A stretch of DNA of 64,000 bases from an uncultured Chloroflexia bacterium (GCA_963765765.1 CAVXYC010000010.1:64001-128000); one strand, 5' to 3'; shown: positions 1 to 8,976, numbered from the stretch's first letter. The notes: a model not told the origin generated them from the sequence alone. Numbers and translations: made by a program.

Positions 1-396
1 TATCGAGTTCCGGATTCGTCCGACAATGCCACTGGTCTGGGATTGGGCCTGGCCATCAGTCGGGCGCTGGTCGTCGCGCACGGCGGGTCGATCGAGGTTG
101 AGTCGACCGTGGGACGCGGCTCGACGTTCACGATAGTGCTCCCGTTCTCGGGTGACTTCTCGATGCCCCAGGAGACGGCCGCGTTGACCTCACGAGAATT
201 GGAGGTCGCTCGCCTGATCGCGGCGGCGCACTCGAACCGGGAGATTGGCGAACGGCTCTGCATCACCGCCGGAACCGTCGCGAACCACATCCAACACATC
301 CTGGCGAAGCTGGGCGTTAGTAACCGCGGTCAGATCACGCTGTGGATCGTGGAGCACGGCCTCCTTGCTGAGTCATCGACCGGTCTCGGGCGCTAG
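1..396 (+). CDS. Sensor histidine kinase C-terminus (HATPase_c) fused to a LuxR/NarL-type HTH; 5'-truncated by window edge
   Basis: Frame open from base 1: [48 protein letters not shown] (G2 box/end of HATPase_c), then [45 protein letters not shown] (LuxR HTH). Confidence 0.85.
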   Translation, partial: YRVPDSSDNATGLGLGLAISRALVVAHGGSIEVESTVGRGSTFTIVLPFSGDFSMPQETAALTSRELEVARLIAAAHSNREIGERLCITAGTVANHIQHILAKLGVSNRGQITLWIVEHGLLAESSTGLGR

Positions 397-697
397 CCTT
401 TGCGTGCGTGTCGGGGGTTCGCACTCGCCGCGGCATGATCTTCCTTCACCAGCCCAAGAAGGGAGCGCGCCCAACACCCCAGATCCTCCAGACGGGCCTT
501 ACTTGACAGCTCCGCTGGGTGCGTCCGCTCCCAATCGCGGACATGGTCGATGTCCGCGAGGACGAGGTGTGCGAGTACGTTACGGTCTATTGGTCGCTGC
601 CCATACTTGACGTTATAGGTCCGAGCCCAAGGAACGCGCCGCCCGATACCGCGTCGTTCAATCGAGCAGCCAGCACATTCAATTCGGTCCAGTCCAC
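393..697 (-). CDS. Hypothetical ~100-aa protein (paralog A of 1820..2143) with one frameshift at ~612
   Basis: GGAGG SD then GTG at 697: [28 protein letters not shown] / (shift) [31 protein letters not shown]; collinear with 1820..2143. Confidence 0.7.
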
Positions 698-806
698 CGC
701 GGCCCTCCGCGCATTCCGTCGCCGTGGCTTGCGGACGCGCCAAGAACTCGGGATGCGAGCGTCAGCGTATCAACCCTGGCTTGCTCCAACTCGCCCGGGC
801 GCCAAA

Positions 807-828
807 AAATGTGTACATCAACACATGT
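807..828. promoter_or_regulatory. CRP/FNR-family-like palindrome TGTGT-N6-ACACA
   Basis: aaaTGTGTacatcaACACAtgt; same spacing as CRP consensus TGTGA-N6-TCACA; ~110 nt upstream of paralog A start. Confidence 0.4.
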
Positions 829-869
829 CCCCCTTCTCAGCCACCGAACGCCACGTTGGAACGGTGTCC

Positions 870-1004
870 CGCGCGGCGGAGAGGCTCCTGGCCGATGCCG
901 TGCTGTCCAAGCCGTTCCAGTTAGACGAGCTTCTTCGAGCCATCCTGGACTTGGTCGAGCCACACTCGAAGCCGTGTAAGCCACGTAGCCAATGTTTCTC
1001 CTGA
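870..1004 (+). pseudogene. C-terminal remnant of a receiver domain
   Basis: AAERLLADAVLSKPFQLDELLRAILDL matches the receiver beta5/alpha5 KPF motif; no N-terminal DD motif or phospho-Asp seen. Confidence 0.5.
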
Positions 1005-1129
1005 TAGGGCCCATTCGGGGCCGTCTTGTAGAGACGCATTGGTACACCGGCATAGCCCATGCCTTAGGCCTCACTAATCTTGCAAAAGCGATGATCACCT
1101 ACCACAGTGTCACAGCAGGCCAAGTCGGG

Positions 1130-1163
1130 TCGATGTCGGAGTGCCATCGATGTCGGAATGCCA
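1130..1163. repeat. 17-bp tandem repeat (2 copies, 1 mismatch)
   Basis: tcgatgtcggagtgcca tcgatgtcggaatgcca. Confidence 0.7.
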
Positions 1164-1316
1164 TCAAGGAAAGACGTCCGTAGAACGTCGAGCGCCTGAA
1201 AGCCTCGTCGACGTGAGCACGCGAACCGAAAACGGATGCGGGCTTACTTCCTTTCGTCATTCGCGGCATCCCCGCAATGCTCCACATTCTCGCGCCCGAA
1301 AAGGTGGTCCAATCTG

Positions 1317-1676
1317 ATGCCAAGCGTCTTGGTCGTGGACGACGATCTCGCGTTACGCACGATGATCGCCCAACTGATGTCCGACGAGGGCTGGCAGGTC
1401 CGCGGCGCCTCCGACGGGGCCGATGCGCTCGCGGTGCTCGACACCTGGCTCCCGGATGTGTTGCTCGTCGACCTGACGATGCCGCGCATGGACGGGCGGG
1501 TCTTCATCTCGGAAGTCACCCGCATGAATCGCACGGCGAACATCTCGATAGTAGTCATGTCCGGGCGTGGGGCCGTCCATCCGGCGGCGGCCGAGCTCCG
1601 CGCGGCCGCCGCAATGGAAAAACCGTTCGAGGTTCGGGAGCTCGTTGATACTCTCGCAGCACTCATCCTGAAGTAA
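1317..1676 (+). CDS. Single-domain response regulator (CheY-like receiver)
   Basis: MPSVLVVDDD...PDVLLVDLTMPRMDG...VVMSG...EKPF; all receiver motifs present. Confidence 0.9.
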   Translation: MPSVLVVDDDLALRTMIAQLMSDEGWQVRGASDGADALAVLDTWLPDVLLVDLTMPRMDGRVFISEVTRMNRTANISIVVMSGRGAVHPAAAELRAAAAMEKPFEVRELVDTLAALILK

Positions 1677-1819
1677 GAATCGAGCCGGTTAAGTTCCCGA
1701 AGGAGCCATGGCGACCGGGTATCGTGGCATGCGGTCTCGGAGATATCCCTCAGCGAGCCTTGCCTGGCGGCATAGTCTTTGCAAAAAATGATTCAGCAGC
1801 TTACGCGGGGAGCCCCAGA

Positions 1820-2143
1820 TTGGATTGGTCTGAGCTCGATCGGATTTGCGACCAGCTTGGCCGTGTACAGAGGGAGGGAGCGTTCCGTGGACTCTTACCG
1901 GTTGCACTGCATGCCGGTGACCGTCCAATCGACGCCGATCTTCTTGCGCGAATCATCCTGGCTGATATCGACCATCTACGAACGTGGGAACGGACGCACA
2001 CGCCTCATGAGTCTTCGGATCACCGCCGCGATCAGCTCGGAGCCGAGGCGCAGCGCGTGTTATCAATTCTTCACGATAGACATTTCCCGGCAACCGGAGA
2101 CGATTCTGGAGCAGCCGCGCAGCAAGTTGCGTTCGGCTGCTGA
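1820..2143 (+). CDS. Hypothetical 107-aa protein (paralog B)
   Basis: GGGGAG SD then TTG: MDWSELDRICDQLGRVQREGAFRGLLPVALHAGDRPIDADLLARIILADIDHLRTWERTH; similar to 393..697. Confidence 0.7.
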   Translation: MDWSELDRICDQLGRVQREGAFRGLLPVALHAGDRPIDADLLARIILADIDHLRTWERTHTPHESSDHRRDQLGAEAQRVLSILHDRHFPATGDDSGAAAQQVAFGC

Positions 2144-2165
2144 ATCTTTGTCTGATCGGTGACAC

Positions 2166-2205
2166 AGCAAGGGGCCCTCGGGAAAGGTCCCGAGGGCCCC
2201 TTGCT
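2166..2205. terminator. Perfect 18-bp stem-loop between convergent genes
   Basis: agcaaggggccctcggga-aagg-tcccgagggccccttgct. Confidence 0.7.
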
Positions 2206-2333
2206 CGCTTCCGGGCAGCGCGATGGCCCCTTAGACGGCGCCGCCTCCGAGTATCGCGAAGCGTTCGATGGTCGACGCCGGGGCCCTCGCTTGCTCTCAC
2301 ATTTGTGATGCGCCGTTGGGTGGGCGACGTCCG

Positions 2334-3161
2334 TTAGGCTTCTCCCGGCTTCCGAGCGCGAACAAAGGCGCTCACCACTCGTCCTTCAGCGTCGACCGGT
2401 TCTGACACCTCACCACCGCAGCAGCCGCCACTCTGCGCGATGTCCGCCATGTTGTAGACGCGCGTGACTTCGAGATCCACCTGGCCGAATCCGGCCTCTG
2501 CCAGGAGGCGCCGATACTCTTGCTCCTCGAGAGCACCGGCGATGCAACCGACCCACGATTCCATGCTCTCGCGGAGCTCGGCCGGCATCTCGCCCTGGGC
2601 CACCACGTCCGACACGGCAAAGAGTCCGCCGGGCTTGAGGACCCGGAATGCCTCCTTCAGGACCTGGCCTTTATCGGTGGACAGGTTGATGACGCAGTTG
2701 GAAATGATGACGTCCACCGTGTCATCGGGGAGAGGTATCGCCTCGATCTGGCCCTTGAGGAACTTGACGTTCTCGGCGCCCGCTTTGAGCCGATTCTGCT
2801 CGGCGAGGTGCAGCATCTCATCGGTCATATCTAATCCGTACGCAAAGCCAGTTGGCCCAACTCGGCGAGCGGAGAGCAGCACATCGATCCCTCCCCCGCT
2901 TCCAAGGTCGAGAACGACCTGACCTGGCTCAAGCGTGGCCAGTGCGGTCGGGTTGCCACACCCGAGCGATGCTTTTGCAGCATCCTCAGGAATCACCGCG
3001 AGCTCCTCCGAAGAATAGAGCGCGGAGGTGATGGCATCGTAGTCGACCTCGCCACCGCAACACGAAGCAGTGCCGCCACCCGCCACGGCCTGCGCACGGG
3101 CCGCGTACTTTTCTCGGACGGTCTCGCGAATGCTCGATGCAGACGATTGTTCAGTGGTCAC
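2334..3161 (-). CDS. arsM: Arsenite S-adenosylmethionine methyltransferase
   Basis: SLGCGNP, VLDLGSGGGID, DVIISNCVINL, WVGCIAGAL motifs; adjacent to arsR. Confidence 0.95.
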   Translation of the reverse strand: MTTEQSSASSIRETVREKYAARAQAVAGGGTASCCGGEVDYDAITSALYSSEELAVIPEDAAKASLGCGNPTALATLEPGQVVLDLGSGGGIDVLLSARRVGPTGFAYGLDMTDEMLHLAEQNRLKAGAENVKFLKGQIEAIPLPDDTVDVIISNCVINLSTDKGQVLKEAFRVLKPGGLFAVSDVVAQGEMPAELRESMESWVGCIAGALEEQEYRRLLAEAGFGQVDLEVTRVYNMADIAQSGGCCGGEVSEPVDAEGRVVSAFVRARKPGEA

Positions 3162-3175
3162 AGTAAGCTCCTTAT

Positions 3176-3191
3176 ATTGATCATTGTCTAT
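3176..3191. promoter_or_regulatory. Putative ArsR operator upstream of arsM
   Basis: ATTGA-N6-TCTAT, same form as the palindromes at 3597 and 3665. Confidence 0.5.
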
Positions 3192-3213
3192 GTCACTGTG
3201 TAAAAAAGGGGGC

Positions 3214-3576
3214 TCAGGTAACGCTTTGCACCTCCGGAAGAGTGAGGTAGTGAGAAAGGCTGCTCAGCAGCTCCAGCCCGTTCGGATCCACCGCGTAATA
3301 GGCCCAGGTTCCGCGGCGTGACACCGTGACGAGCCCGGCCTCGCGCAGCACTTTGAGATGGTGCGAAATGGTGGGCTGGGTCAGATTGAACTGGGAGACG
3401 ACGTCACACACGCACAGCGCTTCCGCATGCCCGGCGATCAAACGGAAGACTTCAAGGCGCGTCGGATCACCGAGCGCCCGGAATACCGCGACCAGGCGCT
3501 CCTGCCGCTCAGTCGATAAAGGGCTCGGTGCCGTTACGGGTGGGCAACAGGCTGGCGAGATGACATCCAGATTCAT
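3214..3576 (-). CDS. arsR: ArsR/SmtB-family As(III)-responsive repressor
   Basis: FRALGDPTRLEV...LCVCDV...TQPTISHHLKVLREAGLV; N-terminal CC; ATG at 3576 preferred over the ORF-track start. Confidence 0.9.
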   Translation of the reverse strand: MNLDVISPACCPPVTAPSPLSTERQERLVAVFRALGDPTRLEVFRLIAGHAEALCVCDVVSQFNLTQPTISHHLKVLREAGLVTVSRRGTWAYYAVDPNGLELLSSLSHYLTLPEVQSVT

Positions 3577-3596
3577 AAGGTGAGTATAGACTATAA

Positions 3597-3612
3597 ATAG
3601 ACATTTGTCTAT
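3597..3612. promoter_or_regulatory. Putative ArsR operator (ATAGA-N6-TCTAT)
   Basis: atagacatttgtctat palindrome in the AT-rich divergent promoter region. Confidence 0.55.
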
Positions 3613-3664
3613 ATATGGCGATTTATTCAATAACTTGATTCATGCGTGGTCTAGTATCCACAAT

Positions 3665-3680
3665 ATCAACGATGGTTGAT
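3665..3680. promoter_or_regulatory. Putative ArsR operator (ATCAA-N6-TTGAT)
   Basis: atcaacgatggttgat palindrome at the start of the second arsR. Confidence 0.55.
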
Positions 3681-4049
3681 CTACATGTGCTCACGGTACC
3701 TGCGCGCGACGTCTCCGAGGTCGTCGCGGAGTTCTTGCGACTCGTTAACGATGCCACGAGGCGCCGCATCTTTCTCCTTCTCATGGAGGGAGAGATCTGT
3801 AATTGCGAGCTCTCTGATCGGCTGGCACTTCCCCAAAATCTGATCAGCCACCACATCCGCCAGTTTCGCAATGCCGGACTCGTACAGTCGCGGCGAGACC
3901 CTCAGGACCAGCGCTGGATCTACTTTCGTGTCGATACAATCCTGCTGGCACAGATCCACGAGGAGCTGAGTGCCGTCTTTGACCCGGCCTCTGTCGGCGA
4001 CCGCGCGGCGGAGTGCGGCCCCATGAATCCTCCGCCATCGTCGGAATAG
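3672..4049 (+). CDS. arsR: Second ArsR/SmtB-family regulator (start uncertain: 3642, 3672 or 3687)
   Basis: DATRRRIFLLL..GEICNCEL...QNLISHHIRQFRNAGLV...QRWIYF. Confidence 0.85.
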   Translation: MVDLHVLTVPARDVSEVVAEFLRLVNDATRRRIFLLLMEGEICNCELSDRLALPQNLISHHIRQFRNAGLVQSRRDPQDQRWIYFRVDTILLAQIHEELSAVFDPASVGDRAAECGPMNPPPSSE

Positions 4050-4117
4050 GAAAGGACTGAACCGTTGCATCTCGTGGCACCAATACATCAACAGCCATTG
4101 AATCGCTGCTCGATAAC

Positions 4118-5029
4118 GTGCGTTCCGCGCTAATCGGCGAGTTGCTCGGCACGTTTCTCCTGGTCCTTTTCGGCATCGGGTCTGTGGCCTCGGCCGTGCT
4201 CACGGGAGCCCTCCAGGGATTGTGGCAGGTGGCGGTGGTCTGGGGCTTCGGGGTTGCGTTGGCCATCTACTGCTCCGCCTCGCTCTCAGGCGCCCATCTC
4301 AACCCGGCGGTCACGCTGGCGATCGCGGCGCTTCGGCGGGATACATTCCCATTCCGCTTGATCCTTCCCTATTGGGGCGCCCAGCTCGCTGGAGCCATAG
4401 GCGCCGGCCTGGTGGTGCTGGTTGCCTTCGCCCCGTATTTGACGCGCTTCGAGGCGCGCGAAGGCCTCGTCCGTGGGGCCCCGGGCAGTGAACGCGCCGC
4501 GATGATCTTCGGCGAATATTTTCCCAATCCCGCGATCTTCGGTACAGGCCCGGATGCCGCGGCGTTAACCTCGCCCCTCGAAGCGGCCCTGGTGGAGGCG
4601 CTCGGCACGGCGATCCTGGTATTCGTCATCTTCGCCCTGACCGATCCACGCAATCGCACGGCGCCGGCGCCAGGCATGCTGCCGTTCTTCATCGGCTTCA
4701 CGGTGGCGATCTTGATCTGTCTTTTCGCGCCGATCACCCAGGCCGGCTGGAATCCCGCCCGCGACTTCGGACCACGGCTGGTCGCCTGGGCGGCGGGTTT
4801 CGGGGACATCGCGATTCCAGGACCACGAGGCGGTTTCTGGATTTATATCATCGGCCCGCTCATGGGTGGCATCGCGGGCGGGTGGATTTACGATCGCGGG
4901 ATCGGGCCACTGATGCCGCCAAAACGCTTGTCCCCCGACGCCGAATCATCGAGGCGATGTCGACCCCGGGGAGAACCTGGAGTGACGGCCATGGCCTGTA
5001 ATGACGTCGACCCTGAGGCGAGCTTATGA
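4118..5029 (+). CDS. MIP-family aquaglyceroporin (GlpF/AqpS-like), probably an arsenite channel
   Basis: SGAHLNPAVT and GWNPARDFGPR (Asp after the second NPA indicates glyceroporin type); ATGA overlap with arsC. Confidence 0.9.
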   Translation: MRSALIGELLGTFLLVLFGIGSVASAVLTGALQGLWQVAVVWGFGVALAIYCSASLSGAHLNPAVTLAIAALRRDTFPFRLILPYWGAQLAGAIGAGLVVLVAFAPYLTRFEAREGLVRGAPGSERAAMIFGEYFPNPAIFGTGPDAAALTSPLEAALVEALGTAILVFVIFALTDPRNRTAPAPGMLPFFIGFTVAILICLFAPITQAGWNPARDFGPRLVAWAAGFGDIAIPGPRGGFWIYIIGPLMGGIAGGWIYDRGIGPLMPPKRLSPDAESSRRCRPRGEPGVTAMACNDVDPEASL

Positions 5030-5469
5030 AGCAGCGAATCTTATTCCTGTGCACACACAACTCGGCCCGGTCGCAGATGGCGGAGGGCCTTTTGAGGTTC
5101 CTCGATGGCGAGCACTTCGATGCCTTTTCCGCGGGCACCGAGGCGACCAGGGTCCGACCGCTAGCTATTCAGGCGATGGCGGACGTGGGAATCGACATCT
5201 CTGGGCAGCAAAGCAAGACACTAGACCGCTATCTCAACGAGCCGTTCGACATCGTAATCACGGTCTGCGACCAGGCCAACGAGCAGTGCCCGGTCTTCTT
5301 TGGTGCCAAGGAACGACGACATTGGAGCTTCCCCGATCCATCCCAGGCCAGCGGAACGGACGCCGAGCAGCTCAACGTGTACCGGGACGTCCGCGATGGA
5401 ATCCGCGATCGGATTGAGCGAGAGCTGCTGCACCATGTTGAGTACGAACAGCAAGGCCTTCAGCGCTGA
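5026..5469 (+). CDS. arsC: Arsenate reductase (LMW-PTP/thioredoxin type)
   Basis: LFLCTHNSARSQMAEG, ITVCD..EQCP.F, HWSFPDP. Confidence 0.95.
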   Translation: MKQRILFLCTHNSARSQMAEGLLRFLDGEHFDAFSAGTEATRVRPLAIQAMADVGIDISGQQSKTLDRYLNEPFDIVITVCDQANEQCPVFFGAKERRHWSFPDPSQASGTDAEQLNVYRDVRDGIRDRIERELLHHVEYEQQGLQR

Positions 5470-5968
5470 TTGAGGTCAAATTGCGTGATTCAGGAGTGAC
5501 GACGTGGATGGCCAGCGCCCCCGAAGCCGAAAAGGCGGCGTGCTTCGCGAGCGCTGAGGCAACCCGCAGGCTCGAGTTGGGGGTGAGGAGCTACCGAGAC
5601 TCCGCGCTGGGCCCTCGCTTAGGTCCTGTTCGCTGCCATGGTCGCGCGGCCGGCCTGGGGCTCGCGGCCGATTTCCCGTACGATCCAGATCGTGTAGCCT
5701 GGATTCGCAGTTTGGCGTGGATGATCTGGATGGTCGTCGTTGCCTGGACGATGAAGTTGTGATGGCGGACTAATGCTCATCATCGAAGTCACTAAGCCTC
5801 ATAGCAAACGCGCTCCTATTTTGAATCCGGCCCCCTTCTCTGGCAGTTCAAAGCCCATTTGCCTAAAGCCAGGTGCCGACAGGCAGTTGCCAATCCCATC
5901 CCGTCGTCGGAACCCCGGGTCAGATTCGCCCGTTCAATGAAGCTGTCGTCAATGAGCTGAGATCTATC

Positions 5969-6993
5969 ATGACCAACCAACGTCAACTGACACCGGTAAG
6001 TACTCGGAAAGGGCGGGTTCCTCGGTATCTTGTCTGGTTGGGGAGGATCGTTTCAGTCCTTCTCGGTGTTCATGCTGGGCACGCCTGCGGGATGGCGGCA
6101 GAAGATCGAATGTCCGAGCGTATCCTCCTACAGGTCAATGGTGGGGGTGGGCGGCCATCGACTCCACCTCAACTGCCTGGGTGAAGGCAATCCCACCGTG
6201 GTGATCGATGCGGGTTGGGGTGATTGGTCTGCGTCCTGGAGCAGCTGGGTCCAGCCCGCTGCGGCCAGGACCACGCGAGTGTGTACCTATGATCGCGCCG
6301 GCATGGGCTACAGTGATCCAGGCCCGCTGCCGCGCACGGCCGAGCAATTCGCTCAAGAATTGCACCTTGCACTGAATCACGCGCGCATTCCTGGCCCCTA
6401 CGTGTTAGTTGGTCACTCGGCGGGCGGTTAAACCGAGAGCGTATTCGCGCACGAGTTTGCCACGGAGGTTGCCGGGTGGTGCTCATCGATTCGATGAGCC
6501 CGGGAGAAGCTCGGAATTCTGGCGCGACGACATCACCACCGATGGAGGCGCCGACCGCCACGACTGGATCCTCACACTCCCAGCTCGGATTGGCTTGTTA
6601 CGTGTGTTAGCCGGACCACTGGGAATGAAATCGGGGTTGGCCCCCGACATCGCCGACGCCTACGCCGGGTTCTCAGTGACACCCCGCGCTCTTCAGGCGA
6701 CCATTGATGAAGGCAGGAGTATCTCCGAAAGTTTGGACCAGGCGGGCGCCGTCACGAGCTTTGGCGCGATACCCTTGATCGTGCTGTCGCGCGGACTCGA
6801 TCAGCGGGACGACTGGGAGAGGTTGCAGACGGAGCTCCTCAAACTGTCATCCGATAGTCAGCAATTGATCGCGGACAAGAGCGGTCACAATGTCCAACTT
6901 GACCACCCAGAAGCAGCGGTGAGGGCCATTGTGCAGATGATCGAGCACATCCGCATGCTGGATGACAACGCCCATGGCAGCTCCGCTTCATAA
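5969..6993 (+). pseudogene. Alpha/beta hydrolase, split by several frameshifts
   Basis: VGGHRLHLNCLGEGNPTVVIDAG..TRVCTYDRAGMGYS..LVGHSAGG in one frame; SGHNVQLDHPEA in another. Confidence 0.8.
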
Positions 6994-7161
6994 ACAACGG
7001 AAAGGCGCGTGGATCGCGCTCGCACCAGCTCGTGGCCGTCACACTCTCGATGGGTTGCGACCACCACGCTAACGCGTCCTAGTGTTGGCGCGTCGTGGGC
7101 AACACCAGCACGGATATATCGCACGACACGAGTCGCGCGCAGGCAGTGGCGAAACGCCTTC

Positions 7162-7201
7162 CCCAATAATGGGCCAGCCGAAGGGCTGGCCCATTATTGG
7201 G
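7162..7201. terminator. Perfect 18-bp stem-loop between convergent genes
   Basis: cccaataatgggccagcc-gaag-ggctggcccattattggg. Confidence 0.7.
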
Positions 7202-7222
7202 TGTTGCGATGGTCTTCCGGCG

Positions 7223-8059
7223 CTACGGCTCGGTGCGCGTTTTCCCGGACGGCACCCAGAAGACGTGGGTGACCTTCTTGTGGCCATTCCCCTGGTCCAG
7301 CTCGTAAACATTCGGGCGCCCGCTCGGGTCGCTCCGCACCGCCCGGCCCCAGTCTGACGGGGAGTCACCTGGCTCATCGTCGCGGTTCTGAGAGCCGCGC
7401 GTCGAGGGCGCGATTGCCCCGACGGTGGTCGTGCTATCCAGGTGACCGGGAGTGGGCCTGTAAATACTTATCAGCTGATCATAGTCATGCTGGTTCGGAT
7501 GCTGGTTCGTGCTCGGATTGTTGGTGTAGTCCATGCACGTGCCGAGGTTCGCGTTGCTGAAATTCTCGTCCTGGTGGTCCAGCCCGAAGGTGTGGCCGAC
7601 TTCCTGACATGAGACCAGATTCCGCCAGGCCGTGGTGTTATAGGTTGACGTGTTGAAGTACGTGTCGTTGAGTTTCACCGTGCCCTGGGTAATGTGATTG
7701 CCGTTGGCCCAGATTGACGCCACCCCCAGCCAGCCGTTTTTCCCGTAGCTCGCGTTACATACCTCGACGCGTCCCGCGGTAGCTCGACACTGGCGCGCGG
7801 TGGTCGTCCCGGACACGATGGTTGTATTCAGAACTTCTGACTGAGTCCAGTCGCCTGAAGTCGTTCCGAGGATCGGCTTCCAAGTACTGGAGAGGTTGTC
7901 ACCCAGCCTTAACGTGAATGGATTCGCTGTCCGCGCCCAGTGGTAGCCGCCCCATGAGTGGCTTGCTTCTGCCGGGGCTGTGAAGGCCCCGAGCATCGGC
8001 ACACCAAATAGCGTGGCCAAGCCGAGTGAGAACAGCAATCGTCGATACATCAAATCCAT
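7223..8059 (-). CDS. Secreted matrixin-like (metzincin-fold) protein
   Basis: Signal peptide ending AEA; CQEVGHTFGLDH (QExxHxxGxxH) and Met-turn TCMDY. Confidence 0.75.
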   Translation of the reverse strand: MDLMYRRLLFSLGLATLFGVPMLGAFTAPAEASHSWGGYHWARTANPFTLRLGDNLSSTWKPILGTTSGDWTQSEVLNTTIVSGTTTARQCRATAGRVEVCNASYGKNGWLGVASIWANGNHITQGTVKLNDTYFNTSTYNTTAWRNLVSCQEVGHTFGLDHQDENFSNANLGTCMDYTNNPSTNQHPNQHDYDQLISIYRPTPGHLDSTTTVGAIAPSTRGSQNRDDEPGDSPSDWGRAVRSDPSGRPNVYELDQGNGHKKVTHVFWVPSGKTRTEP

Positions 8060-8226
8060 CCCCCGTGGTTCGCGGAACGCGCAAACGGCTTTCGCTTAGC
8101 TCGGCGACTTATCGAAGCTGTGATGAGCCGCCTGGTCATCGAGCGCCTAGTATAACGCGCGGGAAGGTTATGGCGGCCCGGAATGAGATTGCGGCGCAGT
8201 CTCGAATGGGTTGAGTTGGCGAGGCG

Positions 8227-8976
8227 CTAAGGCTCGCAGCCGATGCCATTGCCATCCGGGTCGAGCTTGTGAGGGTCGGGCGGCAGCACGACGAACTGGC
8301 GATTCCGGATTTCCTGGCAGCTCAGCATCGGTGGCGGCGGCGGAATGCAAACCGTGGGATATGCTGCGTCACAGACGCGCGGTCGTCCCGGTAGCAGCGT
8401 GGAGGGAGGCGGTGCTGGGTCCCCTGGCGCAGGCGGCACCGGCATGCTTGCCCCTGGCGGACCAGTTCGGCCGCATACAGACCAACGGCCTAGCCCCTGC
8501 TCCCTGGCCGATTGCGCGGCCGAATTAATGCGCTCGGCATACCGGAGATTCGGCGCCACCGGGCGCTCCTCGGCGTAGCCCTCCGCCACCAGGCGCTCAT
8601 TCACCATCCAGCTCTCTGTTAAGTCGTCCGACAGCCAGAGATAGCCGAGAAGACGGCCGGCCCTGTCGCGCCGGTCCGTGTCGAACTCCAGGGTCGCCTC
8701 GCGGGCCTCCACGAGCTCCGTGAGTCGTGCGGATGATTCTGGGCCGAAGCATGGAGGTGGCAAGCCCGGTGCCGGATTCTCCGGAGCGTCGATCCCAATA
8801 AATCGGACGACCTCTTCGGAGCCGTCGGCCAGCACGACCCGAGTGGTAAATCCATCGATAACGGAGATGACAACCACGGCCATACTCTCCCCCGCTTGCG
8901 ACTGTGCTTCACGTGGGAAGTCGCCGGCCAACGCAATGGCTAGGATGATGGAAAGCATGAACCGCAGCATCGCCAT
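8227..8976 (-). CDS. Secreted thermonuclease (SNase) family protein with C-terminal Cys/Ca-binding (excalibur-like) domain
   Basis: VRFIGIDAPE, DRAGRLLGY, VNERLVAEGYA, AREQGLGRW; tail CDAAYPTVCIP...DPHKLDPDGNGIGCE. Confidence 0.85.
   Translation of the reverse strand: MAMLRFMLSIILAIALAGDFPREAQSQAGESMAVVVISVIDGFTTRVVLADGSEEVVRFIGIDAPENPAPGLPPPCFGPESSARLTELVEAREATLEFDTDRRDRAGRLLGYLWLSDDLTESWMVNERLVAEGYAEERPVAPNLRYAERINSAAQSAREQGLGRWSVCGRTGPPGASMPVPPAPGDPAPPPSTLLPGRPRVCDAAYPTVCIPPPPPMLSCQEIRNRQFVVLPPDPHKLDPDGNGIGCEP

Noticed and set aside
5470-5960. 93-aa ORF and possible gene remnant after arsC
   Set aside because: No SD or recognisable motif; a product cannot be supported.
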